Below are positions 18,670-27,446 of a stretch of 48,593 nt of DNA, piece after piece. The stretch comes from a virus (lineage: Duplodnaviria > Caudoviricetes), in the IMG/VR virus record IMGVR_UViG_3300033513_000012, positions 1 through 48,593 of that record. One strand, written 5' to 3'. A program made the translations under genes and the position numbers. The notes beneath the pieces are model-generated. The model had not been told where the DNA came from, did no database searches, and saw nothing but the letters and a program-made list of their open reading frames with translations. Positions within the stretch are counted from its first letter, which is position 1; each line of letters starts with the position of its first letter.

Positions 18670-18882
18670 TCATACTGACGCCCTTATCGCCATCTTCCGG
18701 CGAGCTGCCACTTTCCTCTCAGCTGTGAAATTGCACGGCGGAATGTGCGGCAACGTCAACGTACGGAGCAAAAGCCCGAGGCAAAGCGGATAGCTGAGTC
18801 GGGTAATCCTGTTGATACGGCGCTCTTTTGACTTCATACGAGATTTGACGCTGCCAATTCGGATCTTGGTCATGGCCTGCAC
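18670..18882 (-). CDS. Small basic hypothetical protein (may be non-coding)
   Basis: 70 aa ORF; weak support. Confidence 0.3.
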   Translation of the reverse strand: MQAMTKIRIGSVKSRMKSKERRINRITRLSYPLCLGLLLRTLTLPHIPPCNFTAERKVAARRKMAIRASV

Positions 18883-19160
18883 CTTTCCAAAAGCTCAATC
18901 AGGGGCATCGCGCATTCCTCGCAGAGCGTGACATCCTTGCTTTCCAGCTCCTGCGTCATGTCCTCGTCCGGCCCCATGGCGCCAGCCAGCACCGCGCTGC
19001 CTCCGAGCATCATGGTGAGTCCCATCTGCCGCTGCAGCGCGTCGATCTTCAGGCCGTGGTGCTTGATGCTCGCCGTCCAGAACATCGGCAATCCGGTGTG
19101 GCCTATTTTCCTTTTGCAGCACGAACATTCAGCGTGCTTGCGGAGTTCACTTTCCCTCAT
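18870..19160 (-). CDS. Zn-finger-like hypothetical protein
   Basis: CSCC and CEEC; GGAGG RBS. Confidence 0.6.
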   Translation of the reverse strand: MRESELRKHAECSCCKRKIGHTGLPMFWTASIKHHGLKIDALQRQMGLTMMLGGSAVLAGAMGPDEDMTQELESKDVTLCEECAMPLIELLERCRP

Positions 19161-19635
19161 GGCTTACCTCCACGAGGCGAATGGGCCATTCGATGCCAAA
19201 GTCCTTGTCCTTCCCATGAACCTCTACCCCATTAGCATAAACCGCGATAATTTCGCCCAAAGAAGGGTCGATTTCAGAAGGACAAGCCACATCGACCGTC
19301 CTACCGAACCACCCGGCCGCCACAACGGGGTCGCTCGTCTCGGTGACGGGCCCCCCGGCCACGATCGCGGCGCGGAGGTCGTTCGCCTGCCTGAACCGTA
19401 GCTTGGCGCCAGCGGCGGACAGGCCGTCGGGAAGCACCTGGCTAAATAGCCACGTGGCCGCGCGATCGGAGGCGACGTGAAGGGTGTCCCCCACGATTCC
19501 ATCCAAGGCTTTTATAATCTTTTCTAATGTCAATCCGTCCGTCAGTTGCCCCCGCGCGCCGCAGGCCGGGCACTGGTCGCCGCGGACTACGTACTCCGCG
19601 GCGAAAGTCGAAGCGCAAGCCTGGCAGCACATCAT
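19147..19635 (-). CDS. Hypothetical protein with N-terminal Zn ribbon
   Basis: CQAC...CPAC. Confidence 0.55.
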   Translation of the reverse strand: MMCCQACASTFAAEYVVRGDQCPACGARGQLTDGLTLEKIIKALDGIVGDTLHVASDRAATWLFSQVLPDGLSAAGAKLRFRQANDLRAAIVAGGPVTETSDPVVAAGWFGRTVDVACPSEIDPSLGEIIAVYANGVEVHGKDKDFGIEWPIRLVEVSHEGK

Positions 19636-20117
19636 CCTTCAACCTCCGGAACCCCGTCAGTCCCCACGCCTATCCTCCAGGCGGCATCGGCCCAGGCGTC
19701 CTCTTCCTCGTCGTACGAATCGCTTAGGATGAGGCCGGGGGCGACTATCAGCAGGCTTTGGCCGTCCTCCGTGTCCACGCAGACCGTGGCTCCCGGATAT
19801 TTTGCCAGCACGCGCTCTTTTTCCAGCGGCGTCTTTAGCGCCCGCGCCGGCTTCCTGGTGGTGTAGCATTCGCCGGTAAGCCCCGCCTTCCCTTCCTCGT
19901 AGCCGTCGCACGGCGAATCGCAGTTCGGGCAGTTCTTCGGCACGGCGTAGGCCGGCACGCAATCGGACCAGTCGCAACCGCATAGAAAGACGTCTCCGAG
20001 CGAGCAACCGAAGCAACCTTTGTCATTCGTCAGTCCGTCGTAGCCGTGCTCCTCGAGCCATCCCTTGATGATTGACCGCGCATCCAGCTTAGACCCCTTT
20101 CCTTCCTTCGCTTCCAT
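19632..20117 (-). CDS. Cys-rich hypothetical protein
   Basis: WLEEHGYDGL..C.C....C motif; strong RBS. Confidence 0.6.
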   Translation of the reverse strand: MEAKEGKGSKLDARSIIKGWLEEHGYDGLTNDKGCFGCSLGDVFLCGCDWSDCVPAYAVPKNCPNCDSPCDGYEEGKAGLTGECYTTRKPARALKTPLEKERVLAKYPGATVCVDTEDGQSLLIVAPGLILSDSYDEEEDAWADAAWRIGVGTDGVPEVEG

Positions 20118-20132
20118 CCCTTCCTCCTTTTT

Positions 20133-20714
20133 TTAAGACTCCGGAAACTCTGTTTGATCGCCCATAGCCATCGCCCGCGCCCTTCTCACCCGTTCCCATA
20201 GCCATTCCCCGAAGGCCGCCATGCGCTTGTCGGGTTCCTGGCTATCGTAGTATGCGGGGTCCGTCGCGCGGTAGTCGGCCAAGCAGCGCTCCAACCAAGG
20301 GTTGAATTCTGGCACCTTGTAGCGGACGTCTAGGCACCGCCATGCGGCATAGGCCGGCGATTCCTTCCCGATCGTCCAAGCCTCGCGAAGCGTGGGGCCG
20401 ATGTCGCTCAAGGGTTTAGACTCGTAAATCTTGTACTTCTTCGACCAGACGTACCATAGCCGGTCGCTTTCCAGGATGCAGCGGCCCCAGTCCACCTTAA
20501 CGATTAGCCATTTGTACCTGTACCCTCCTTCATCCCCCTCCAGATCATCCTTGGCCTGCTTGTAAGCTTCTTCGCTTAGAATCACGCATCTGACGGCGGC
20601 AGGCTGATCTTGGTAAGGCTTTAGGCCCTGGTTAATTATCGCCCTACAGATGCGCTCCATGAGCTTTTCGCCCGTTTCCTGAATTTGCATGCCCACACGG
20701 TTCTCAATGCCCAT
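20133..20714 (-). CDS. Hypothetical protein
   Basis: 193 aa ORF in the operon. Confidence 0.5.
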   Translation of the reverse strand: MGIENRVGMQIQETGEKLMERICRAIINQGLKPYQDQPAAVRCVILSEEAYKQAKDDLEGDEGGYRYKWLIVKVDWGRCILESDRLWYVWSKKYKIYESKPLSDIGPTLREAWTIGKESPAYAAWRCLDVRYKVPEFNPWLERCLADYRATDPAYYDSQEPDKRMAAFGEWLWERVRRARAMAMGDQTEFPES

Positions 20715-20979
20715 CGTTAGCCCCCAGTCTTGGCTCGCAAGACGCGTCCAGCCCGAGGCGGGCCTTGAACGCCGAGTCGCTTTCGTCGGTGAGGAAGCTT
20801 TCCACCTCGAGCATAGCGACGCTCAGGTCGTACTCGCGCAAGGCCTTCTGGTACTCTTCCTCGCGGCCGGCCTCTCCGAGCTCGTGCCAAGACTCGACCA
20901 GCGCCCTCTTGTAGGGGGTCATCGTCTGGCAATCCCGATAGAGCGAATCTAAAGTCAGGTATCGCGTAGGTTCGATCAC
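20704..20979 (-). CDS. Hypothetical protein
   Basis: GTGA-coupled 91 aa ORF. Confidence 0.5.
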   Translation of the reverse strand: MIEPTRYLTLDSLYRDCQTMTPYKRALVESWHELGEAGREEEYQKALREYDLSVAMLEVESFLTDESDSAFKARLGLDASCEPRLGANDGH

Positions 20980-21131
20980 CTTCTACCTCTTGGCATTGAC
21001 CGCCGGATTATGCCGTACAAGTTTTGATCGTGACGGCGCTTCATCTCCCGCTTCTTGCGCAACCGATTGCACGCGGCACGCTTCTGCCTTCGGCGCATCA
21101 ATTTGTCGGGTGCGTCCAGCTTAGCGTCCAT
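20976..21131 (-). CDS. Small Arg/Lys-rich protein
   Basis: Fills the operon gap with overlapping start and stop. Confidence 0.4.
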   Translation of the reverse strand: MDAKLDAPDKLMRRRQKRAACNRLRKKREMKRRHDQNLYGIIRRSMPRGRR

Positions 21132-21492
21132 CGTTGACCCCCAACGGCTTGGGCTGCGGGAGGCTTGTCCAGCAGTCGAACTCCCACTCCGAATCCTTGA
21201 GCGGGTGGGGCAGCAGTCCCCCATCCTTGGGCGGCGGCCATAGGTACCATTCGCCGGCCTTGCGGAAGACGTCGAGGTGAACGTACTTGCCCCTTCCCCC
21301 GCCCCACCCCAAGTGAATGAACCATGCCGAGAGCTGCTCGTCCTCCGGAGCCTCGCTCACGAGGTGCGAGTATTGCGGCGCGGGCTTAGGGTTCGCTGCC
21401 ATCCCGACGGCCTTGCCGACCGAGTACCCGCAGATCGAGATCACCAATAAGACCCCGACCAGAAGCATGAGCTTCATTTCGTTCCTGGTCAT
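21121..21492 (-). CDS. Membrane-anchored hypothetical protein
   Basis: ATGA-coupled; N-terminal hydrophobic segment LMLLVGVLLVISICG. Confidence 0.5.
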   Translation of the reverse strand: MTRNEMKLMLLVGVLLVISICGYSVGKAVGMAANPKPAPQYSHLVSEAPEDEQLSAWFIHLGWGGGRGKYVHLDVFRKAGEWYLWPPPKDGGLLPHPLKDSEWEFDCWTSLPQPKPLGVNDGR

Positions 21493-21782
21493 GCGGATCT
21501 CGCGCAGCGCGGCAAGAAGCAGTTCTGAAGCTTCCCCGTGTCCCGGTTGACGTGACGCGCAATGCCACAAACGTCATGAGTGAAATCGAAGTCCGGGAAG
21601 GCGAGTAGCCTTTGAAAGTCAAGGGAGCAACCCTGGTTGTTGACGGCAAGCAAGTCCATTGCCGTGCTTATGCGGTCCTTGGTGATTCCCATCTTCTCCG
21701 CCCGGATGACAATGCTTCGAACGACCTCGTGAACATCGTCCGTGGCGCTAAAGTTGATATTCTTCATGATTTCCTCCACCAT
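21489..21782 (-). CDS. Conserved phage protein (DUF6874-like)
   Basis: LDFQRLLAFPDFDFTHDVCGIARHVNRDTGKLQNCFLPRCA motif. Confidence 0.7.
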   Translation of the reverse strand: MVEEIMKNINFSATDDVHEVVRSIVIRAEKMGITKDRISTAMDLLAVNNQGCSLDFQRLLAFPDFDFTHDVCGIARHVNRDTGKLQNCFLPRCARSA

Positions 21783-21984
21783 GGAAGTGTCCTCAAGGGA
21801 CGTCGCCGTTTACCCTCGGAATGCACATTTTGGCGTTTGGAACCAATTCCTCCCTGTACTCCGCCAAAGCCATAACGATTACTTGGGAGAGAAGCATACC
21901 CAAATACGACCACTTCAAGGCTCATTTGCGCCCTAGCTCCTTTTCCCTATCGTTCGGAAGTTCTTCCGCCATAGCTGTCGGCCC

Positions 21985-22539
21985 TTAAAGCCCCGCCGCG
22001 CGGAGCTTCGTATAGTACTGCGGATTCTCTTTTAGGTGGTCGAGCGCGATCTTCATGGCCCCGCGCCAGTCGTCCGTGTGTTCGAATTCGTGGAGCGTCC
22101 CGTCGTAAAGCTCCTCCGAATCCACCTGTAGGCCCTTGCGGATCTCGGCGGCGCACGCCAGCGCGCACCTGACTTTGTCCTGCGCGCTCATGGACTTCTT
22201 GCCGCTCCTGTAGTTGTTGACGGCGCCCCAGGCAATCTTCGCCGCTCGCTCCTCGCTGTAGCCACGCTTCCTGGCTTCCGCATACGTCGCGGCTAGGATG
22301 GCTTTCTCTTTATCGGATATGTCGCCGGGCTCGGGGCTTTCGTATCCTTCTACGGTTCGCGCTTCGGCTACCCCTTCGCCGGTTTGCCCGGAGGTTAGAC
22401 CTTTCTTGGCGCTTCGATACATGCCGTAGCATTTGCCGGCGGCCTGCTCCTGCGTCGCGCCCTCAGCGAGGACGATCGGGATGCACCTCGATACGAAATC
22501 CTGCTCGGATTCACCTTTCTTTGGATTCGGCATGATCAT
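21985..22539 (-). CDS. Three-domain protein: PNPKKGE..DFVSRC domain, ChaB-like domain and DUF5661-like domain
   Basis: EERAAKIAWGAV (ChaB-like); HEFEH...IALDHLKENPQYYTKL (DUF5661-like). Confidence 0.65.
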   Translation of the reverse strand: MIMPNPKKGESEQDFVSRCIPIVLAEGATQEQAAGKCYGMYRSAKKGLTSGQTGEGVAEARTVEGYESPEPGDISDKEKAILAATYAEARKRGYSEERAAKIAWGAVNNYRSGKKSMSAQDKVRCALACAAEIRKGLQVDSEELYDGTLHEFEHTDDWRGAMKIALDHLKENPQYYTKLRAAGL

Positions 22540-22714
22540 CCTCTTTCTTGCCCTTCTTCTTCTTGGCCTCGGCTATCTCAGCGCGGGCGAATGCTCCGGC
22601 GACCCCAGCTACGATCGCCTCTTTCCGGCCTTCCCGCTTCCTGCATTCCCAACAGGAAGTCTCGGAAGACCGCGGCATCATCCGGCCGCACTTGCACCTG
22701 ATCTGGTCGTTCAA
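22511..22714 (-). CDS. Small Zn-finger-like protein
   Basis: TTGA-coupled; CKCG...CWEC. Confidence 0.4.
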   Translation of the reverse strand: MNDQIRCKCGRMMPRSSETSCWECRKREGRKEAIVAGVAGAFARAEIAEAKKKKGKKEDDHAESKER

Positions 22715-23142
22715 AACGTCACCTCGTAGCGGGCGTATATTTTGGTAAAACCGCCGCCGGCGTCGGATTCCATCAGCGACCAACCGTCGGAAAGGACCGG
22801 GTGAGCGCATTCGTGCTTGACGCCTATGATCAATCCGCCGACCTGAACCCCGGCGCCTACGGTATACGTGTCGCAGAACGGAGTACCCTTAACGGGCATA
22901 TAGCTCTCGCTGAAGCGCAACATCATAAAGGTTTCGACCACGCCTTCGACGAAAAAGTACGTGAAAACTGGTACCTTGACGCCCAATTGGGCATAAAAAG
23001 TCTTATCATAGTCTCCCATCAGCGTCGTGCGGGCGTCGGGGGCGTAACCCACCTCAACGAAGGATTCGGAAACGGCCTGCCCGAACGCTACCGCGCCGGC
23101 AAGCAAAAGAACCAGGATAATTGTGGAATTCTTCATGATCAT
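22711..23142 (-). CDS. Exported small beta-barrel outer-membrane-like protein
   Basis: Signal peptide, alternating beta-strands, C-terminal YARYEVTF; GGAGG RBS. Confidence 0.6.
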   Translation of the reverse strand: MIMKNSTIILVLLLAGAVAFGQAVSESFVEVGYAPDARTTLMGDYDKTFYAQLGVKVPVFTYFFVEGVVETFMMLRFSESYMPVKGTPFCDTYTVGAGVQVGGLIIGVKHECAHPVLSDGWSLMESDAGGGFTKIYARYEVTF

Positions 23143-23175
23143 CCTCCATATACGGCCATCGACCGTATGCTTATT

Positions 23176-23204
23176 ATATTAGCACATTTTTTGCCGCTTT
23201 GCAA
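23176..23204 (-). promoter_or_regulatory. Sigma70-like promoter for the OMP and accessory block
   Basis: TTGCAA-17 bp-TAATAT with extended TG, in an AT-rich gap. Confidence 0.65.
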
Positions 23205-23211
23205 GTCTTTT

Positions 23212-23421
23212 TTACTCATTTTTCCCCTCAAAAAGGGCGTCTATCCGGGCTATCACGTCTTCCGGGAAGGCGCCCGCCTGGGCCGCTTCCGTCGTCTCGC
23301 GAAGGACCTGGTCAAGCATAACCTTGAAGGCCGCCTCGAGATCGAGCTCGAATGGCCGGCGCATTTCTTCGAATTCCTTCCCGTCTACAAGCCCATTCCG
23401 GAGGGTGACGTTCGGCATCAT
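23212..23421 (-). CDS. Hypothetical protein
   Basis: 69 aa after the portal; GGGAGG RBS. Confidence 0.55.
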   Translation of the reverse strand: MMPNVTLRNGLVDGKEFEEMRRPFELDLEAAFKVMLDQVLRETTEAAQAGAFPEDVIARIDALFEGKNE

Positions 23422-23434
23422 TGGCCTCCCCGGA

Positions 23435-24976
23435 TCATCCGACGCTCCTCATGCTGAGCGGATTTAGCGCCGATCCGTCGGCCGCGGACGGCGATTTTGG
23501 CCTATCGTATTCGGGCTCGGGATAAGGCTCCTCCCCGGCGCCCGTCCGTACCTCATTTACCGAATACGCGCCCGTCTCCAGCCTGGCGCGCAGGAGATCC
23601 ACCTTCTGCTTGTCGTTCAGTCCCTTTTCGGATTCCAGGGCGTACCCGTGCCCGAACTTCTGCGGCAGGATATCGGTATTGATGGCGTCCTCGAATTGCA
23701 TGGCTATCGGCGCCCAGCCCTTCTGCTGGTCGGAATCCTGCTGCGATTCGGACGTCGCGCGCCCGGAGGTGTCCTCCGACCCCGTAAGATTGATCTCCAC
23801 GTTCGATACGTTGTAGACAATGGCTACCGCGCGGAGAATCTTGTCCTGGCGCTCGCTCTGGCTTTGGAACGTGGATTCTCGCGAAAGGTCCACCACCGTC
23901 GGTTGGCCCTGCCCGCCGTAGCCAGTAAGCACGCGGATGGCGTTCCGCCTCGGCTCGTTCATAAGCGTCTCGATCTTAGATTGTTCCTCCCTGGTGAGCG
24001 GAACCGGAAGGTCTTTCCCGAGATCCTCATCGCCGAAGGGGAACTGGTCGTTCATGACGATAAGCTTCTCCGGGGCGCTCGTCCCGTCCGCCTTCTGCGC
24101 GGCCTGCTCGTCGAACATGAGGTACTCGGCCACTTTGTTCACGAGGGCCTCAAGGGGAACGGCACCGTAGGAAAGCATCGAGTTTGGGGCGTACGCTATG
24201 TAGGTGATTTCGTCGGGAAAGTAAACCTTCGGCGGGATACCGTTAAGTATCTGCACGTACGCCGAGCCGCCTCCGACAAACGTGGATCGGAACGGAAGAA
24301 CAGTACCGCCCGGAAGAACATAGACGTTTTCGATCAGCCTGTTCATCCGTTCTTTGTACCAACCGACGCCACCGTGCACCATGAGATCGATGACTGTTTT
24401 TTGAACAAATTGGTTAAAATTGTCCTCAGCGTTGGGCTCATGTAGCCAATCCATGATCTCCTGCGACCTGTCGTCGTAAGCCATCTTGTTGCGGCGCTTC
24501 CAGCGCGCGAGGGCCGATCCGATGTTTGAAAAGTCTGGTCTGGCGTCTGGAAGTATTCCAAGCACGTATTTTAAGCATCGGGCTCTGATCACCTGGCCTT
24601 TGATCGTCGGCTCGGACCATTCCCGAAACAGTTCCGTCGCCATCTTAACGTGCGCTTCGATTCGATCGTCATCTTTGGTGACCTTTTTCACCGCCCATTT
24701 TAGGCCGGCTATCCGCTTCGCCCGGCCCGTCACTAGCCCAAATACGGGATCGCATTTTCGGTATACCTGGACACGTTCGTCCAAGGATAGGGTGAACAGG
24801 TTCTGTTGGATGGTCCCGGAAATTATCTCCCCGCCTCGAGCCTCACCCGATACGCTCAACAAGTCGGAAAGCGTGTATATGTTTACTCCGCGTCGCCCCT
24901 TCTGGTGAGCCGATCGCCATGGCTGCGCGACGGATTCCGCGGTGACGTATACCGTCCCCCTGCTTATGTCTGACAT
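23435..24976 (-). CDS. Portal protein
   Basis: 513 aa after terminase; L..PN..D.F..F, YG.VPLE and SVNEVR motifs. Confidence 0.9.
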   Translation of the reverse strand: MSDISRGTVYVTAESVAQPWRSAHQKGRRGVNIYTLSDLLSVSGEARGGEIISGTIQQNLFTLSLDERVQVYRKCDPVFGLVTGRAKRIAGLKWAVKKVTKDDDRIEAHVKMATELFREWSEPTIKGQVIRARCLKYVLGILPDARPDFSNIGSALARWKRRNKMAYDDRSQEIMDWLHEPNAEDNFNQFVQKTVIDLMVHGGVGWYKERMNRLIENVYVLPGGTVLPFRSTFVGGGSAYVQILNGIPPKVYFPDEITYIAYAPNSMLSYGAVPLEALVNKVAEYLMFDEQAAQKADGTSAPEKLIVMNDQFPFGDEDLGKDLPVPLTREEQSKIETLMNEPRRNAIRVLTGYGGQGQPTVVDLSRESTFQSQSERQDKILRAVAIVYNVSNVEINLTGSEDTSGRATSESQQDSDQQKGWAPIAMQFEDAINTDILPQKFGHGYALESEKGLNDKQKVDLLRARLETGAYSVNEVRTGAGEEPYPEPEYDRPKSPSAADGSALNPLSMRSVG

Positions 24977-25254
24977 GCCGACTCCTTCGCGCGCTCCGCG
25001 TCCCGATCAACTTCTCGCACGCGCCGTTCGAATCTGGCCCGGGTAAACGGACCCATTGACTCCATGGCTACCGCAAGCAGAACAGCATTTTCAACCACCT
25101 GAACGGTAGCCGCCTCAAGGTAGCGCTTATAATCTCCGCGTATTTTGAGCTCTCGCTTTTTGGCTCCGTTCCCCGCGGCTTTAAGTATCTCTACATTGGT
25201 ATTGGCTGAATCAACGATTCTTGCCACGTCATTTACGGTAAGCCTTTTAGCCAC
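24964..25254 (-). CDS. Hypothetical protein
   Basis: GTG start with GGGAGG RBS. Confidence 0.5.
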   Translation of the reverse strand: MAKRLTVNDVARIVDSANTNVEILKAAGNGAKKRELKIRGDYKRYLEAATVQVVENAVLLAVAMESMGPFTRARFERRVREVDRDAERAKESACQT

Positions 25255-25256
25255 GA

Positions 25257-25400
25257 CTACCTCCCTAGAATCTGCGATAGCAAGAATCTGACCGCGATGA
25301 TGAGCAACCCGCCCAAGGCGCATATTCCAGCCGTCATCAACGTCATAATTATAACACCAGAAAGAACGTCTGACGACGTCTTTATCCAGTTTTTTTCCAT
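25257..25400 (-). CDS. Small single-pass membrane protein (47 aa)
   Basis: GAGGAG RBS; MEKNWIK...VIIMTLMTAGICALGGLLIIAV; below the ORF-track cutoff. Confidence 0.45.
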   Translation of the reverse strand: MEKNWIKTSSDVLSGVIIMTLMTAGICALGGLLIIAVRFLLSQILGR

Positions 25401-25401
25401 C

Positions 25402-26970
25402 TTATCTCCTCATCGTGGCGAGCCTTTTAGCCACAAGCATATAGCCCAATGCGTGGAAATAATGATCTGCCCTCGTCCCTGCCCATCCATACGCGCCTTC
25501 ACCGCCATTCGCGTCCGGATCGTAAACTCGGGTAAGGGCAGTCATGTGATCTACAAAATCCGGTATCGATAGGGCGTCGGCCGGAAGTATTATCGATTTT
25601 AGATTAACAGCTTCCTTGACCGCATCCAGCGCCGACGTTCGATCTACCGATACCACCTTTGCTTTCAGATCGATTGCGTCGCGCTTGCCTGCCGCATAAC
25701 GGCACATAAACCAGCGCCGATACCTATACGCGAGCTTGCGGGCGAACCGTACCTCCGGCCTTTCATCTATTACGCCCGTTCTAACATCGTACCGAGATAT
25801 TTCCATTCCAAGATCGGAAAGGTCTTCTATCCCTTGAATCGTTTTAATAAGAACTAGCCGGACTTTACCATCGCTGCAAAGATTTCCGACTATTACGTGC
25901 AGAACGGTTCCGACGTCCACTCCGACAAAGCATGGGCCAGAAGCCTGTCCTTGCGGATAATTTTCGACCAAATCATCAAGATCAGTTCTTGCTATGCGGA
26001 CTCCCGGAGCATCGTACGCTTCGCCGAGATCGCCATTATAAAAGCGCACCATAGATTCGGGATTATTTTCTCCGGCTTCGTATCTCCTAACCAAGTCGCG
26101 AAGTTTAACGTTCGCGGAAAATAATTTCGTTATGTGGTAGCCTCTAATCGCTGCATTCGGATTTTCTGGAATCCATTCGCCTGCCCCGCGCCTATCGATA
26201 GGTCTTCCGCATTTATCGCAGATCATTCGGCAGTCGCGCCCGCTTGCCGGATCGTATTCGTCATCGGCATAAACCATCTGCCCATCTACATCTTTTATAA
26301 CGTGCCGAAAGAAATTCGGACGCACGTAATTTCCGCAATCATGTTTGATGTGCCACTGGCACTTATCCGATTCGGAAAACGCGGCATCTATGCCAAATCC
26401 GGTTATAGTTGGGTTTGAGACCTTTATTTCTCTTCTGTTCTCGGGTAGCGATGCGGACAATCGTTCCCATCCCATTTCAAGATTGGCTTGATTGCATCTA
26501 TCCAATTCGTCAACGACGAACCAATCAGCGGCGAATTCAGTGAACGCATTCGGAACCATTGATCCCGCAAAGCTTATCGTACCAAGACCTATCTGTTTTA
26601 ATGTGACCGAATAAGCTGCTTGAGCTTCTTGTCCTTGCAGATAAGCGGAATAAGCTGGTGTCATTCTCATTGTCTTATCGAATCTTTCCATAACGAATCT
26701 TCGTACTAATTGATAATTTGGCATCACGTAGAATATACCACGACCCAATATTGCCGCCGCTAAAACTAAAACCAAAAGCCACTCGGATATTCCACACTGT
26801 GTAGATTTTTTTACAACTATGTTTTTGTGCAAATCTTTATAAATACGGATTAAATAAGGATTATTCTTAAAATCAAGACGTTTCCCTTTATGCGTGACGT
26901 GATAGGTCATCGCATTAACCATGGCTAGATTTTCAGCGGCGAGTATATTTCGACTCGACGAATATTTCAT
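25402..26970 (-). CDS. Terminase large subunit (lambda GpA-like)
   Basis: VVKKSTQCGISE Walker A, VVDELD Walker B, SNPT, Zn ribbon, GVDVG and DHYFHA nuclease motifs. Confidence 0.92.
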   Translation of the reverse strand: MKYSSSRNILAAENLAMVNAMTYHVTHKGKRLDFKNNPYLIRIYKDLHKNIVVKKSTQCGISEWLLVLVLAAAILGRGIFYVMPNYQLVRRFVMERFDKTMRMTPAYSAYLQGQEAQAAYSVTLKQIGLGTISFAGSMVPNAFTEFAADWFVVDELDRCNQANLEMGWERLSASLPENRREIKVSNPTITGFGIDAAFSESDKCQWHIKHDCGNYVRPNFFRHVIKDVDGQMVYADDEYDPASGRDCRMICDKCGRPIDRRGAGEWIPENPNAAIRGYHITKLFSANVKLRDLVRRYEAGENNPESMVRFYNGDLGEAYDAPGVRIARTDLDDLVENYPQGQASGPCFVGVDVGTVLHVIVGNLCSDGKVRLVLIKTIQGIEDLSDLGMEISRYDVRTGVIDERPEVRFARKLAYRYRRWFMCRYAAGKRDAIDLKAKVVSVDRTSALDAVKEAVNLKSIILPADALSIPDFVDHMTALTRVYDPDANGGEGAYGWAGTRADHYFHALGYMLVAKRLATMRR

Positions 26971-27446
26971 TCCCCCTCCATCTTGTTCGAAAGATCGGGG
27001 AAGAATAATGCGAAGTTTTCGCGATAAGCGGCTTCATCTTCTGGAGTCATTTTTAATATTCCTACAGCTCCTCCATGAATCATTCGATCGCGGCGGCCAT
27101 ATTCGTCGGGATAACGTCGCTCAAGATACGTCATCGCGGCTTGCCAGTTTGTAGGCATGGCGGCCCGTACATAACCGACAGCCGTTACCTTTGCTTTTAT
27201 CAAAGCTTGTTTGACGGTATTGTACAGATCAACGCAGGTTTTCTCTTTTGTGCTTATTTCCTCTCCGGCTTCTATTTTTTTTTGAGCCAGAGCACCGATT
27301 TTTTTATATTCGAAATATGTTGATTCGCTTATTCCGGCAGCAGCTATTGAATCTTTTTCCGTATTTCCTGCCGATATCCACGTCATCAATTCTTTTATCT
27401 GTTCCGGAGTTATTGCTAAAGGTCTAGGCATTCTTTTCCTCCACAT
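26967..27446 (-). CDS. Terminase small subunit
   Basis: HTH (AAGISESTYFEY) and NWQAAMTYLERRYPDEYG; directly upstream of TerL. Confidence 0.8.
   Translation of the reverse strand: MWRKRMPRPLAITPEQIKELMTWISAGNTEKDSIAAAGISESTYFEYKKIGALAQKKIEAGEEISTKEKTCVDLYNTVKQALIKAKVTAVGYVRAAMPTNWQAAMTYLERRYPDEYGRRDRMIHGGAVGILKMTPEDEAAYRENFALFFPDLSNKMEGE

Noticed and set aside
18423-18800. Full-length tmRNA or standard tRNA gene
   Set aside because: The acceptor strands are only 125 nt apart; no tag frame and no 7-nt anticodon loop
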